Positions 35,950-49,711 of a stretch of DNA of 64,000 nt are shown in pieces. Source of the stretch: Mobula hypostoma (Eukaryota). The stretch spans positions 95,420,001 through 95,484,000 of the forward strand of contig NC_086097.1 in the NCBI RefSeq assembly GCF_963921235.1. Direction: 5' to 3'. Below the pieces are notes generated by a model. That model saw only the letters and a list, made by a program, of their open reading frames with translations, searched no databases and was not told the DNA's origin. Numbering within the stretch: the stretch's first letter is position 1; each line of letters begins with the position of its first letter. A program made the translations under genes and the position numbers.

Positions 35950-38900
35950 TTCAATTTGTTGTGTTCTATTTCTAATTGGAACTATTTCTAATATCCATAT
36001 CTTTTTATTTTTCAAGTAATATCAGGCAATGTCAAGTAATTTCCCCTTTCTATACCAATTTCAGATCTGATTCCATTGCCTCAGCAAAATTTCTCCAAAA
36101 GTACTCCTTGATTCATTTATTAGTATCTTCAATCTCTGTCCTCTGGTTATTGATTTGCCGGCTTTTCTCTATCATTATTATTCCTATTATAACGTATTAT
36201 TAACAATTGGTTGTCCTTCAGCTCTGATGATGACAGTTAGATTTGTGCAGTTTGACTGTAGATGATGTGAACTGCATTGGGGCGGTTCTACTCTCTCAAT
36301 CTCAGACGTCCGGGTGCAGTGGTATGAGTAGTCCTCACAGCTGGGGTCTTGCTTGGTTGTAGTAGATGACCATGACTACTTCACTCCCTTCTCATGCCCT
36401 TCACTCTCCGTGATGTGCTGCAGAACTACCTTCCTGGCCATTGGATCTCACTGTTGATTTCATCCACCCAGTCTGCCAGGGCTGACTTTACATCTAAGTC
36501 AGGCATGTCCCTGTCTCACTGGAGTATAGGCCACGCTGGCTAACCTCACCTCTGCTGGAGTGTGGACACTGTCACATGAAAACAGCTACTTGGAGCTACA
36601 GGTGAGTGTCTGGTGCCAAAAGGTGAGTGAGCTACATCACAATGGACACAAGAAGCCTCTTCGTCAGAGATAATGCAGCATAGCATTCATGGGGGTGAAT
36701 CGATAAGTAAATCCACAATAATTTGGGCTATAATGGATCCTCGAGAAGATCAATGAAATAACATCTCCGTTGAGGTGTGATTACAGACTGTGTGACTAGC
36801 TGATATAAACATTATTCCCTGAAAGATATGAACTTGCATATGTTCTGGGAATCCTCTCACATCATAAAGATCTAAGTTTAATGGAATACTTTATCAACAA
36901 ATCTCACTTGAGTGCACAGTTACAATTTTAATATTAGAACTCAGGATTAAAAAGATATACACATGTTCATGGAGCACCTTCCATTACCAATAGTTAAGTG
37001 AAAAGAGACACAAGCCCTTATATTAATAATCACTTACATTGCAGAGTGCATGATTAAATGATGGTGAAATCTAAAGCTAAGATTAAACTTTGACGTTGTT
37101 GGACAGACAACTAAGATAATGCCTCTGCTCACATAAAGCAACATGCAAGCTGCAGAATACGCTCTGGAATCATCATTGACCCAGGAAGTTGGTGCACTCA
37201 GGGCAGCAGAATAAGTAGAAAGCATAAAGGAAAGTGACTCAACAGCAGAGGCAAAAGAGAGTTTTTTGAACCCTTCAATGTGATGAACCTCCCAGATTCA
37301 GAATAAATTCTCATCCTATGAAAGATTCACATCCAGCACAAAGTCTCAGCCTTTAATTTGTAACAAGGAATGGAGACACGGCAAGGGGCAGCCTGTCCTC
37401 AAATGGCAAGCATGGCAAGGGTACCGGTTGCTTGTGAACTCTCAGTTGCAACTGAATCTCACTCCATAATTGTAATTCTCTCATGAACTTGCACTGTAAA
37501 GCATTACTCCATACTAATGGAAGGAGGTTTCAAAGAAAATACCACAAAATATCACATCAGGTGAAGGGTCACATTAACAAGCAGTGGAGCAGGAGATAGA
37601 GGGGTGGAAATATTTATGAAGAGAATTCCAAAGATTGGGGCAGCTAATACGCAGCTATCAATGGCTGAGTGAGTACAATTACAGATGTGCAAAATAACAA
37701 TTCACAACAGAAAGATTTTGCTGGACTGAATTAGGATGTGGCAGTCTTGTGTTTCAAATAAGAAGGAAAAGTGTGTGGGGCAAATGACCTCAGAGAATTT
37801 AGGTAACACCTTGAAGTGAAAAACTTAATACGGGCTGTTTTTGGCTAAGGATGTGGAAACAATTCCATGCTTCACTGAGAGCCCCTGAATGGTCAAATCG
37901 TGAAACTACAGCTTTGAAATAACTGCCTGAGCCTTGAAGGTCAAAATAAATCTGAGTGTTTTAGAATGGCTGTGTGCCAAGAATAGAGAACTAAACACAA
38001 CTACTTCTGGTCACAATGCCAATATTGCAATGCTGCAGCACACAAGGCGAGCTGTGACCTCCTCTGCTTATCTTTCAGATCTGAGCTCAGTATATGTTTA
38101 CAGTACACCCTCCCAACCAGGTATTGTTTCTGAACCAGTTCTCCTGGCTCTGAGAGAGCTGGAACGCCCTCAAGCCAAATATGAGGAAAATTACTTAAAC
38201 ATTCAGAGAGCAGCTGGTATTTCTTTCAAATCCCAAGAGATCCCAAGAGATAACAAATAAGCATTTGTTTGTGAGCCTGAATCAGTAATATAATGCAGGG
38301 CCCGGGCAATAAAATAACATGGATAACCATGCAAGTGGACCATACAAGGCTGTATTCATAGCACAAATTCTCCAATTAAAAACATTACCTAAAGAGTAGA
38401 AAGATATATAAATTTGATCAAGTATAACATTTCAACAACAATTGAGAACTCTTAGCATAAGACAGGCCACACAATTTCCTGGAATGGCTCCAATTTCCCG
38501 CAGAAATGAAGAATTGGCCCTTTTCTATTAACCATTTTGTTTGTTTTTTCAAACAGATTTCTGCCCATGTCTCGTCTTCCTTCTCTCTTTTGATGTTGCG
38601 TCAGCAGATTAACTAACCACAGTGCACAGAAAGAATCCACATCTTTCATCAGGCAATACTCATGCCATAGAACCATACAAGCATCAGCACTAGGGAGTTA
38701 CCAGTGGGCTGATAAGGAAAACGTACACATGGAAGGACACAGACTGAGCAACACAAGCTTAAGTCATGGGGAAGGAACCAACAAGTACGCCAGCAGCCCC
38801 CAAAGCAGAAATGCACTTTAGATGGAGACACAAGAGAATGTAGATGCATGAATCTGGAGCAACACAAAAGGCACTGGAAGAACTCAATAGGTCAATGGCA

Positions 38901-39369
38901 TTTATGGAAGGAAATGGACAATTGACATTTTGGGTCAAGACCGTCCAACTGGATCTTTGCAAGGATTTAGCACCTTTTGAGTTGATGTGTATTTTACTTT
39001 CTACCTTTCCCCCACCATAGGTCTCAGCTATAGCAAAGCAATAGCTGTGGTTTGGATAATAGCAGTCATACCTTTACCTCAGAATGACATGGGTTAAAAA
39101 CTCTATTCCAGAGCCTTGCACATCACATCGCTGCACGGGCCAGGCACAAAGGGGTGCAGGATGCCTTCTTGCAGATGAAATGCTGAAATGAGGCATCCTG
39201 TGCCCGCTGAGTAAAGACCCATAATAAGGCTCTCTGGCTCCTTAAGCAATATTTATTCAATGAAACAGAACCTGTTAAGCACTAATGGGCTGTCACATTT
39301 GCTGCCACACTTCAAAAGTGCTTGGAATCACAACTATATTGCACATTCTGCCCGTGTCAGTTCTGTGAA

Positions 39370-40085
39370 GGAGGTTATCAAACACTACTGGGGGATCTTG
39401 ATCAACTGAAGAATGGCAACTGGAGTTTAATTCAAATAAGTGTGAGTTGTTGCACTTCAGAAAGTCAAATCAAGCTGAGACTTTCACAGTAAATGGTAGG
39501 TCTTCAGGAGTCTTGTAGAAAAGAGGGGCAGGTGCACGGTTTACTGAAAGTGGAGGCACAGAAAGACAGAGTGGGGAAGAAGGAATTGGCATGCTGGGCT
39601 TCATCGGCCAGGACAGTGAGTGTCGGAGTTGGAACATTATATTGTAGTTAGAGTATTGGGTACAGTTTTGGTCACTGTTCTATAGGAAAGATGTTATTAA
39701 ATTGGAAAGAGTACAGAAAAAGTTCACTGGGACTTGAGGTATGGAGTTATAGGGAGAGGATGGACGGGGTAAGACTTCTCTTCTAAAACATTTGAGAGTT
39801 GAGGGTAGGAGATTGAGAGGGTTGGGGAATTGAGAGCTGGAGGTCATAGGTTTAAGATGAGAAGGGTAAAATTTAATAGGAATTTGAGGGGCAATTTTTT
39901 TTACACTGAATAAGGAATGAGCTCCTGGGGAAGTGGTTGAGGTAGGTACAACAACTTTTGAAAGCCAGTTGGTACATGGAGAGGAAAAGTTCAGAAGGAT
40001 TTAGGCCAAAAGCAAATGGAAATAACAGAAATATGTACTTTCATTAGCACGAACCAAAAGGTGTGTTTCCATGCTGTATGACTCT
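39370..40085 (+). mobile_element. Decayed CR1 3' fragment
   Basis: FN.NKCELLHF, YRKDVIKLERVQK and GHRFK remnants; TATGACTCT tail. Confidence 0.8.
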
Positions 40086-40299
40086 AATAGTATATACTAT
40101 TCAAGATAAGCTTATGCTGTAACTGTTACATAAACCAGGGCATCAGTTATAAAGCTATTGCTTGCATCTATCAATATACTGTATGCTTTTCAGTAACAGC
40201 ACTGTTCCATACATCCTTCAGTATGTTCATCTCCTTTATGGGAGAGGACTAGGCTCCTCTCTGGATAAACCTTAATTACAACATCCTGCTCCAGGATAG

Positions 40300-41190
40300 A
40301 CGCAGAACACTTTTGTTCAGATTACAAAGGTGACCCAAGTTTCCAGTTGTCTGTGACTTGAATTTTCCACACTGTTCCCACTCTGGCCTCCTACACTGTT
40401 GCAATAAAGCTCCGGGAAAAGGACACATTACAGCCTTCCGCTCTCAATGCTGAATTCAACAATTTTAGATATTCAACCTCTTCAATTTTAAAATCACAAT
40501 TCCAGCTTTTTTGTTTTGTCTCTTCTCCTCTAGTAATTTTATACGTCTGGGAAAGGATAGGCAGAGGCAAAGACAGAGAAGCAGGACCTTCATTGCTCCC
40601 CTAAACACCAGTGGCGTAATGGGCACTCTAACACCACTACAGGAGATGAACCAGATCTCAGGAAGTGAAGCAGCAGTGAATGATCATCCTTGGCTGGGGA
40701 CCCTGCAGCTGACCTAAGGGCACTTCTGAAGATGCGGCAGACAGCAACGCCAAGCATTAAACAACATCTTCTGGTAAATCTCATTGGAGTCAAAAGAGAC
40801 TACAGAAGCTGGAATATAAAGCAAAAAAAAAACAAAGTTGGAGGAACTCATCGAGTTAGACAGCATTTATAGAAGGAAAGGGACAGTCAATATTTTGGGT
40901 TGAAACAAATCTTTTGTTATTCACTAGTATTTCCCACCCTCTCTCAACCAATATCACAGCTTTGGAGACCAGGAGAAACTGAATGACCTAACACAGTCCT
41001 TCCTCATTTTTCTTTATAAATCTGACCATTCTACCTTTGGCTCTCCTCTCAGTTCCAAGGAAGACCTTTCTCTGTAACTTTTCTCTGACTTCTCCCAGTT
41101 CCAATAAGAGATTATCAACCCATTTTTTGTTCTCCACAGACACTGTCTGAATTTCTTCAGTTACTTTGTACTCATTCAATTTTCCAGCAG
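40300..41190. mobile_element. Very old Penelope-like remnants
   Basis: Degenerate GIY-YIG C-terminus at 40300-40480 and family termini near 40800-40905 and 41120-41190. Similar relics at about 38840-38960, 43650-43755, 44170-44335, 44680-44880 and 45470-45600. Confidence 0.5.
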
Positions 41191-41690
41191 TTGATTAATT
41201 TGCTTTGTATTCTCTTGGTCTACGCTTTTCTATTCAAAGTTCAAAGTACATTTATTATCAAAGTATGTATACGTTATACAACCTTGAGATTCGTCTCCTT
41301 ACAGGCAGCCACAAAACAAAAAACCCAAAGAACTCATTAAAAAAAAAGACCGACGAACACCCAATACACAGATTGAGAAAAAAACATAAATTGTGCCAAC
41401 GATAAAAACAAGCAACAGCATCCACAACAAAAGCGAGTCCATAGACACAGAGCCTGGAACAGCCAGGACAGGCCCACAGCCTCAGCCTTAGTGCAGCAAA
41501 GAGTGAAGTAAACATCGCAGAGCAGCAAGCAGATCCTCACACCTCTTGTTCCAACACCCTGCCTTTTCAATCCCTCCGTCATATGGCATTTAAATTGTCC
41601 AAACATCAGGTTGTTACTTGCTCTAAGAACCAGGCCACATTGCAGCAACATGCTCTGGGCCTGGACCTCCCGTCACATTCTGGTCTGTAC

Positions 41691-42305
41691 CAGAGAAAAC
41701 TAAAGAAATTTGGCCTGTCCCCTAAAACCCTCACTAATTTTTATAGATGCACCGTAGAAAGCATTCTTCTAGGGTGCATCACAACCTGGTATGGAAGTTG
41801 TCCTGTCCAAGACCGAAAGAAGCTCCAGAAGATCGTGAACACGGTGCAGCACATCACACAAACCAATCTTCCGTCCGTGGACTCACTTTACACCGCATGC
41901 TGTCAAAGCAGTGCTGCCAGGATAATTAAGGAGAGGACCCACCCAGCCAACACACTTTTCATCCCTCTTCCCTCCGGGAGAAGGTTCAGGAGCTTGAAGA
42001 CTTGTACGGCCAGATTTGGGAACAGCTTCTTTCCAACTGTGATAAGACTGCTGAACGGATCCTGACCTGGATCTGGGCCGTACCCTCCAAATATCTGGAC
42101 CTGCCTCTCGGTTTTTTTGCACTACCTTACTTCCCATTTTTCTATTTTCTATTTATGATTTATAATTTAAATTTTTAATATTTTTAATATTTAATATTTG
42201 TAATCCAGGGAGTGTGAAGCGCAGAATCAAATATCGCTGTGATGATTGTACGTTCTAGTACCAATTGTTTGGCGACAATAAAGTATAAAGTAAGTATAAA
42301 AAGTA
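41691..42305 (+). mobile_element. Rex1/Babar 3' fragment, open reading frame, (AAAGTA)n-like tail
   Basis: LKKFGLSPKTLTNFYRCTVESILLGCITTWY...NSFFPTVIRLLN. Inserted into a minus-strand Rex1-type 3' UTR starting near 41215. Confidence 0.9.
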
Positions 42306-45300
42306 CCTTTCCAAATCAGCCTGGTGCTAAGATCAATCAGACCTCGCTCTCGGTTTAGATGGACGGGCATGGAAACTCCTCCACTCTGACTTTTCTCCAC
42401 TTCACGCACCCCAACTCTGACTCAACCTCGCTCCAACAACTTCTCCTCAAAAATGCCTCAACCTCGCTCCAACTTTGCATCACACCCACACGTCTCAATG
42501 CTCAAGTCAGCCTCACGTTTGCTCGCCTCTTCAATGTTTGCAGTGATCATTTACCATAATATTTTTACAGAAAAAGTGTTATTAATAAAGTATTTAGTTG
42601 AATTTCTTGCTTTGGGAACCACCAGTAAGTTGTCGCTCGTCTTAAACCGAAAGTATTCATTCACCATCAACATTTATTGCCCTACCTTTCTTTGAACTTA
42701 GCTGCTTTCTAGATTATTTCAGAGAGTAATTAAAAGCCACCATTGAATTGGGGATCCACATCAGCTAAGTTGCTAAGATTTCTCTTCCTGAAAGAGAGCC
42801 GAGTAGGTATTTGTGGCAGTGTAGTAGCTATCTTATCAGTACTACTTTAAAAAATCTTTTTTTATTATTACCCATTTAAATTCTTTAGCTTCCATGAGGC
42901 ATTTAGAACTATCTTTGGACAGAACCTCAATACTACTCCACATGACACTCAAATTATGTGGCGGTTTCATGATGTGAGCTGAGTGTCATCTACAGGTCGG
43001 ATGAGGAACAGCACCAAATCGTGAAGTTACTTGAAACGCTGGGGACATACAATGTTGTGGGCTGTCTACTGTGCCTGAAAACCTGTGCCTAATTAAGCCT
43101 GTCTACAAAACAATGAATTATACATATAAAAATAATTAAATTTAATTATTGTAAAGCAAAGGGAAATTAAAGCATATGTTGTGACAACTGGCTATCACAT
43201 CTCCAACTACAGCCATTACTACATTTCAAGACTGTGTAGTAGATAGTGCTGCTGCCTCATAGTTCCCGTAACTTGAACTCCAACGAAGTTTACATGTTCT
43301 CACTACAACTACATGAGTTTCCACTGGGTGCTTTGGTTTCCTCACACATCTCCAAAAATGTGCTGGTTGCCTTCTGTAAATATCTCCTAGTGGAGGTGGA
43401 GGTGACTGACAGAAGAATCAAGGTTAGAGTAAGGAGAGGAGGGTGAGCTGTGGGAAAAGTTGATGGACATGTGAGAGCTAAGCAGAGGTATGGAATTTGC
43501 ATGGATTCAACAGGCCAATTTCTCTGTCAGAAGAAATCTGGAGCAAAAGGTACTTCACAGTGTGTAAAAGCATTTTTGACTATATCAAAGTTGCAAAAGT
43601 TTTATGAACATTTAACATTTATTTCAAGAGGCTTTCTTTCTGGACTTTATTTCAGCAGTTCGGATGAAGGCTGTCAACCCAAAAATACCCTCTGTTCATT
43701 TCCCTCCGCAGATGCTACCTGATCCATTGAGTTCCTCCAAAAAGTTGTTTGTTGTCTGAGATAGTCTTTTGATGAATTTAAGAATGTGAGGATTCCAGAT
43801 AATATCCACACGCTGGAAAGGAATACAGATAAAGGGGTCTAGCTCAGTTAGTCAACTTGTTCTGAATAGACCAGTTAGCTGAAAAGCCTGTTTCTGTGCT
43901 ATATCTCTCTATGACTTGAACTAGAAGGGATTGCAGACAGGGAGATTTACAAACAACAATTTAGGAATTATTATGTTAAGAGATAGTTGCCAACATAGTT
44001 CAGTTGTGATTTTGAATGAGCTTCTGTTTGCAAAGGGCTGAATATGAAAGACTGACTAGATAAGCACTGCAGTAAAAAACACATTGGTGAGTATCAGGTC
44101 CTTTCAGGTATCTGATTACATGATTCAATTCTGCCAAGTCATATATAGTACTGTACAATGGCAACAACATAACATGTAGCAGAAGCTGAAAACCTGAAAT
44201 AAAAACAACACAGCAGTGTATAAGTACTTCCAGCATTTTTGAACATTTCAGATTTGAGACCTCTCACCAGTACCCAATTTTCCTTTTGTGTACAGAAGCT
44301 GCCTACCTGTTGAGCATTTCCAGAATTATATTTTAAAAGTAAAACATTAGGCTTGTAAGCCTGTGGATAGGTTTGGGAGCAATGGGAAATTGCTTGGTCT
44401 GAGGATTCTTACCTTTGCTAACACCCATACAGAGTACAAAAGTGTGTCTAGTTTGCCTACAGGTGGATGAAACTTCAAGTTGCCTTTGCACACTAGGTAG
44501 ATATGTAAATAAGATTCCCTCATAACATCAGGAATTGGGTCTGTTGTGAAGAAGCCACAAGTGCAAAAATAATTTCAAAAACTCCCACATCATCTTGCAT
44601 TTAATTAATTCTAAAAATTGTATCAAGGCACATCTCAGTTCAACATAATCCTCACTGGATGGAATGCTGTATTTGCTGAAATTCCAAAACGCATTCCAAA
44701 TGTTGCAACACTCAACATATCAGGCAGCAAGAGATGAAAGAGAAATACTTACCTGCAATTTTTCGTTTTTCAATTTTTACACCAACCTGAACATTAACTG
44801 CTCTTTTCTCCATAGATACTGCTGACCTCCTGAATACTTACAGTATTTGCAGTTCTTTGATTTGCAGATATTTCCAGCTCAATGAACTTGCATTATAATT
44901 GCCTAACTAACCTTTAAGATTCTTCAGAGGACAAGGAGGAATTTGAGAGATTCAGGCTTCAAAAGTCAAGATCCAGCAATACTGGTGGGACAATGGGGAT
45001 GTATAAGCAGCTGGTGCTATAGATACAGAAGAGATGTTGCATTTAGTTACAGAAAATAACTTCATAAAATACTCTTGCTACATAAAGAATGGACAAAGAT
45101 AAGCTGAAAGGAGGAGCGTAATGTCTAGGTCTGGACTCCCCAAAGGAAGGATAAACCTGGAATCGTCAAAATTAAGCTTATTGTCATATGCACAAGAGTA
45201 TGCATGCAAAAATGCAATAGAAAAACTTGCAGTGGCATCATAGGCACATACAGTAGTATCATATAAACAGAAGAAAAACAGATTTTATAAATATTTTACA

Positions 45301-46806
45301 AGAAAGATCACAATTAGAACCCAAAAAAAGACAAAAATCCATGCTATACTATATAGACTGCAGCAACATTTCATTAAATCAATTCTTGGGATGGGAGGTT
45401 TTGCCAAGCAAGGGAGACTGAACAGACCAGAGGTGTATTAGGTGACTTCACTGAAACATACAAGAATAAAAACACAAAATGCTGGCAAAACCTCAGCAAG
45501 TGAAGCAGCAGCTATGGAAAGAGAAACCAATCTTCGACTCAAGAAATTAACCATTTCTTTTTCCATAGCTGATTTCCAGTAGTTATTGTTTTATTGCAGA
45601 TCTTTTGTTTGGAATTTTCAGAATTCTTACAGGCTTGACACAGATACTAGGAGTCATAATCTTAAAATAAAGGACAATTCAAGTCCTTTATTTGTTTTAT
45701 GAACCTTTGGAATACTTAACCAAGAGAGCTGTGCAGGTCTAATAACTAAACATGCTGAAGATAGATTATTAGATATTAAATGAACAAAGGCTAATGGGGT
45801 AAGCGCTGGAAAGTCTTACTGAGATAAAAGTGCACCTACTGTTTTACTGAATGCAGAACAGACAGAAAGACCTACTCATATTTATATTTCTTATGTAAAA
45901 GGAGGAGACAATTCCCAAATGAAATGGTAAACAGTGGAAAATGGAACATTCAGGCCATGTTCATAATAAGGACACTTTCATTCAGGTTAATTTGTGACCA
46001 CTCACTCCTGGAGCACATTTCCCATTATACCATAACCCTCATCTTTGTGATGTAGAAATTTCAGTTCAGTGTTGCTCCCCTTCAGAAGTTTCCCCAAAAC
46101 TAACAATTACAAAACTGACAAGGTTCATCCTGACCATCTACACCCAGTCTTGTACAAACAGAACACACGTGAAAATTGAGCATTTGTCCTATTGAAGTGA
46201 GTTTGGGAAATCAATCATACAAACCAATGAGATGGCAGAAGAAAGAGATATTTTGCACCAAACTTCAATACAGAAAATAGAAGTAACATCCCACAATTAA
46301 TTGCAAGTCATAAAGTTACAAGTCACTTAACAAAGACAGGAACACGTTTCAAAGCAAAAATTTGGCACCAAACTATTTACAGGGATGCCTTAGCCAATGT
46401 ACAAACTTTTAGATATTTCAAGGGAGCCAGGGAAAATTAAAAAAAAATAAAATCATCATGTTTCTTAAAAAACACCAGACCACCAAGCAGAACTAGAAAC
46501 TCCCAAAAAAAGATGAACAATATTGAAGTAACATGAATCCTACATATTTCATATGTTGATGGAAGCTAGGGAAAGACTGACATTCAATACACAATTTTGA
46601 TTCTGTTTCCTGTTCTCCACAAAACTACATACCTTGGTTCATTTACAGGGTTAATTATTATTGTATCCATGGCCCTGCTGCTAAATGGATACCTATGGAA
46701 CAAATGTCTCCTCTATCTGGGGCCTGGGGGAATTACATTTGAGGCAACACACATAAAAGTTGCTGGTGAACGCAGCAGGCCAGGCAGCATCTCTAGGAAG
46801 AGATAC

Positions 46807-46842
46807 AGTCGATGTTTCGGGCCGAGACCCTTCGTCAGGACT
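46807..46842 (-). ncRNA. Minimal hammerhead ribozyme motif
   Basis: Reverse complement AGTC CTGACGA A GGGT-CTCG-GCCC GAAACATC GACT. Core intact, but the ACGT palindrome is mutated to ACAT. Confidence 0.7.
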
Positions 46843-47142
46843 AACTGAAAGAAGAGATAGTAAGAGATTTGAAAGTGTGAGGAGGAGGGGGAGATCCAAA
46901 ATGATAGGAGAAGACAGGAGGGGGAGGGATGGAGCCAAGAGCTCGACAGTTGATTGGCAAAAGGGATATGACAGGATAATGGGACAGGAGGCCTAGGGAG
47001 AAAGAGAAGCTGCGGGGGGGGGGGAGCCCAGAGGATGGGCAAGGGGTATAGTGAGAGGGACAGAGGGAGAAAAAGGAGAGAGAGAAAAAGAATGTGTGTA
47101 TATAAATAAATAACGAATGGGGTATGAGGGGGAGGTGGGGCA

Positions 47143-48507
47143 TTAGCGGAAGTTTGAGAAGTCAATGTTCATGCCATCAGGTTGGAGGCTACCCAGACGG
47201 AATATAAGGTGTTGTTCCTCCAACCTGAGTGTGGCTTCATCTTCACAGTATAGGAGGTCGTGGATAGATATATCAGAATGGGAATAGGACGAGGAATTAA
47301 AATATGTGGCCACTGGGAGATCCTGCTTTCTCTGGCGGACAGAGCATGGGTGTGAGGCGAAATGATATCCCAGTCTGCGTCAGGTCTCGCCAATATATAG
47401 AAGGCCACATCGGGAGCACCGGACGCAGTATATCACACCAGCCGACTCACAGGTGAAGTGTCGCCTCACCTGGAAGGACTGTCTGGGGCCCTGAATGGTG
47501 GTAAGGGAGGAAGTGTAAGGGCATGTGTAGCACTTGTTCCGCTTACAAGGATAAGTGCCAGGAGGGAGAATGGTGGGGAGGGAGGGGGGGAACGAATGGA
47601 CAAGGGAGTCGCGTAGGGAGCGATCCCTGCGGAAAGCAGAGAGACGGGGGAAGGGAAAGATGTGCTTAGTGGTGGGATCCCGTTGGAGGTGGCGGAAGTT
47701 ACGGAAAATAATATGTTGGACCCGGAGGCTGGTGGGGTGGTAGGTGAGGATGGAGTGAGGGACAAGGGGAACCCTATTCGTAGTGGGGTGGCGGGAGGAT
47801 GGAGTGAGAGCAGATGTGCGTGAAATGGGGGAGATGTGTTTGAGAGCAAAGTTGATGGTGGAGGAAGGGAAGCCCCTTTCTTTAAAAAAGGAGTACATCT
47901 CCCTCGTCCTGGAATGAAAAGCCTCATCCTGAGAGCAGATGCGGCAGAGACGGAGAAATTGTGAGAAGGGGATGGCATTTTTGCAAGAGACAGGGTGAGA
48001 AGAGGAATAGTCCAGATAGCTGTGAGAGTCAGTAGGCTTATAGTACACATCAGTAGATAAGCTGTCTCCAGAGATAGAGACAGAAAGATCTAGAAAGGGG
48101 AGGGAGGTGTTGGAAATGGACCAGGTAAACTTGAGGGCAGGGTGAAAGTTGGAGGCAAAGTTAATGAAGTCAACGAGCTCAGCATGTGTGCAGGAAGCAG
48201 CGCCAATGCAGTCGTCGATGTAGCGAAGGAAAAGTGGGGGACAGATATCAGTATAGGTTTGGAACATGGATTGTTCCACAAAGGCAACAAAAAGGCAGGC
48301 ATAGCTAGGACCCATACGGGTGCCCACAGCTACACCTTTAGTTTGGAGGAAGTAGGAGGAGACAAAGGAGAAATTATTAAGAGGAAGGACTAATTCCGCT
48401 AAATGGAGCAGAGTGGTGGTAAAGGGGAACCTGTTAGGTCTGGAATCCAAAAAGAAGCGGAGAGCAATGAGACCTTCCTGATGGGGGATGGAAGTATATA
48501 GGGACTG
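47143..48507 (-). pseudogene. Penelope-like RT + GIY-YIG endonuclease, 5'-truncated
   Basis: Open from QSLYT to YIGET, then TGA where the other arm has CGA; natural end ..DFSNFR* at 47143. Confidence 0.9.
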
Positions 48508-49675
48508 ACTCTCACAGCTATCTCGACTATTCCTCTTCTCACCCTGTCTCTTGCAAAAATGCCATCCCCTTCTCGCAATTCCTCCATCTCCACCGCATCT
48601 GCTCTCAGGATGAGGCTTTTCATTCCAGGACAAGGGAGTTGTCCTCCTTTTTTAAAGAAAGGGGCTTCCCTTCCTCCACCAACAACTCTGCTCTCAAACG
48701 CATCTCCCCCATTTCACGCACATCTGCTCTCACTCCATCCTCCCGCCACCCCACTAGGAATAGGGTTCCCCTTGTCCTCACCTACCACCCCACCAGCCTC
48801 CGGGACCAACATATTTTTCTCCGTAACTTCCGCCACCTCCAACGGGATCCCACCACTGAGCACATCTTTCCCTCCACCCCCCCCACTTTCCGCAGGGTTC
48901 GCTCCCTATGCGACTCCCTTGTCCATTTGTCCCCCCACATCCCTCCCTACCGATCTCCCTCCTGGGACTTATCCTTGTAGGCGGAACAAGTACTGCACAT
49001 GCCCTTACACTTCCTCCCTTACCACCATTCAGGGCCCCAGACAGTCCTTCCAGGTGAGGCGACAGTTCACCTGTGAGTCGGCTGGGGTGATATACTGTGT
49101 CCGGTGCTCCCGATGTGGCCTTCTATATATTGGCGAGACCCGACGCAGACTGGGAGATCGTTTCGCTGAACACCTACGCTCTGTCTGCCAGAGAAAGCAG
49201 GATCTCCCAGTGGCCACACGTTTTAATTCCATGTCCCATTCCCATTCTGATATGTCTATCCACGGCCTCCTCTACTGTGAAGATGAAGCCACACTCAGGT
49301 TGGAGGAACAACACCTTATATTCCATCTAGGTAGCCTCCAACCTGATGGCATGAACATTGACTTCTCAAACTTCCGCTAATGCCCCACCTCCCCCTCGTA
49401 CCCCATCCGTTATTTATTTATATATACACATTCTTTTTCTCTCTCTCCTTTTTCTCCCTCTGTCCCTCTCACAGTACCCCTTGCTCATCCTCTGGGTTTT
49501 TCCCCCCTCCCTCTTTTCTTTCTCCCTAAGCTTCCTTTCCCATGATCCTCTCATATCCCTTTTGCCAATCACCTGTCCAGCTCTTGACTCCAACCCTCCC
49601 CCTCCTGTCTTCTCCTATCATTTTGGATCTCCCCCTCCCCCTCCCACTTTCAAATCTCTTACTAGTTCTTCTTTT

Positions 49676-49711
49676 AGTCCTGCCGAAGGGTCTCAGCCCG
49701 AAACGTCGACT
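49676..49711 (+). ncRNA. Hammerhead motif with core substitution
   Basis: AGTC CTGCCGA A GGGT-CTCA-GCCC GAAACGTC GACT. CUGA is changed to CUGC, so probably inactive. Confidence 0.55.

Noticed and set aside
36200..36680. Possible RTE-related element or ribozyme-bearing 5' end
   Set aside because: Looks repeat-like, but no motif or fold could be established by eye.
37934..38260. 108-aa ORF with internal AG/GT sites
   Set aside because: No recognisable domain; length compatible with chance.
44413..44456. Possible 44-nt minus-strand exon (TAG...GTAAG)
   Set aside because: Weak pyrimidine tract, no recognisable peptide, and no partner exons.
47380..48633. 417-aa ORF as an intact gene
   Set aside because: Its first ~42 codons are the antisense of the opposite arm across the inversion junction, and it ends at a premature TGA inside the GIY-YIG domain.
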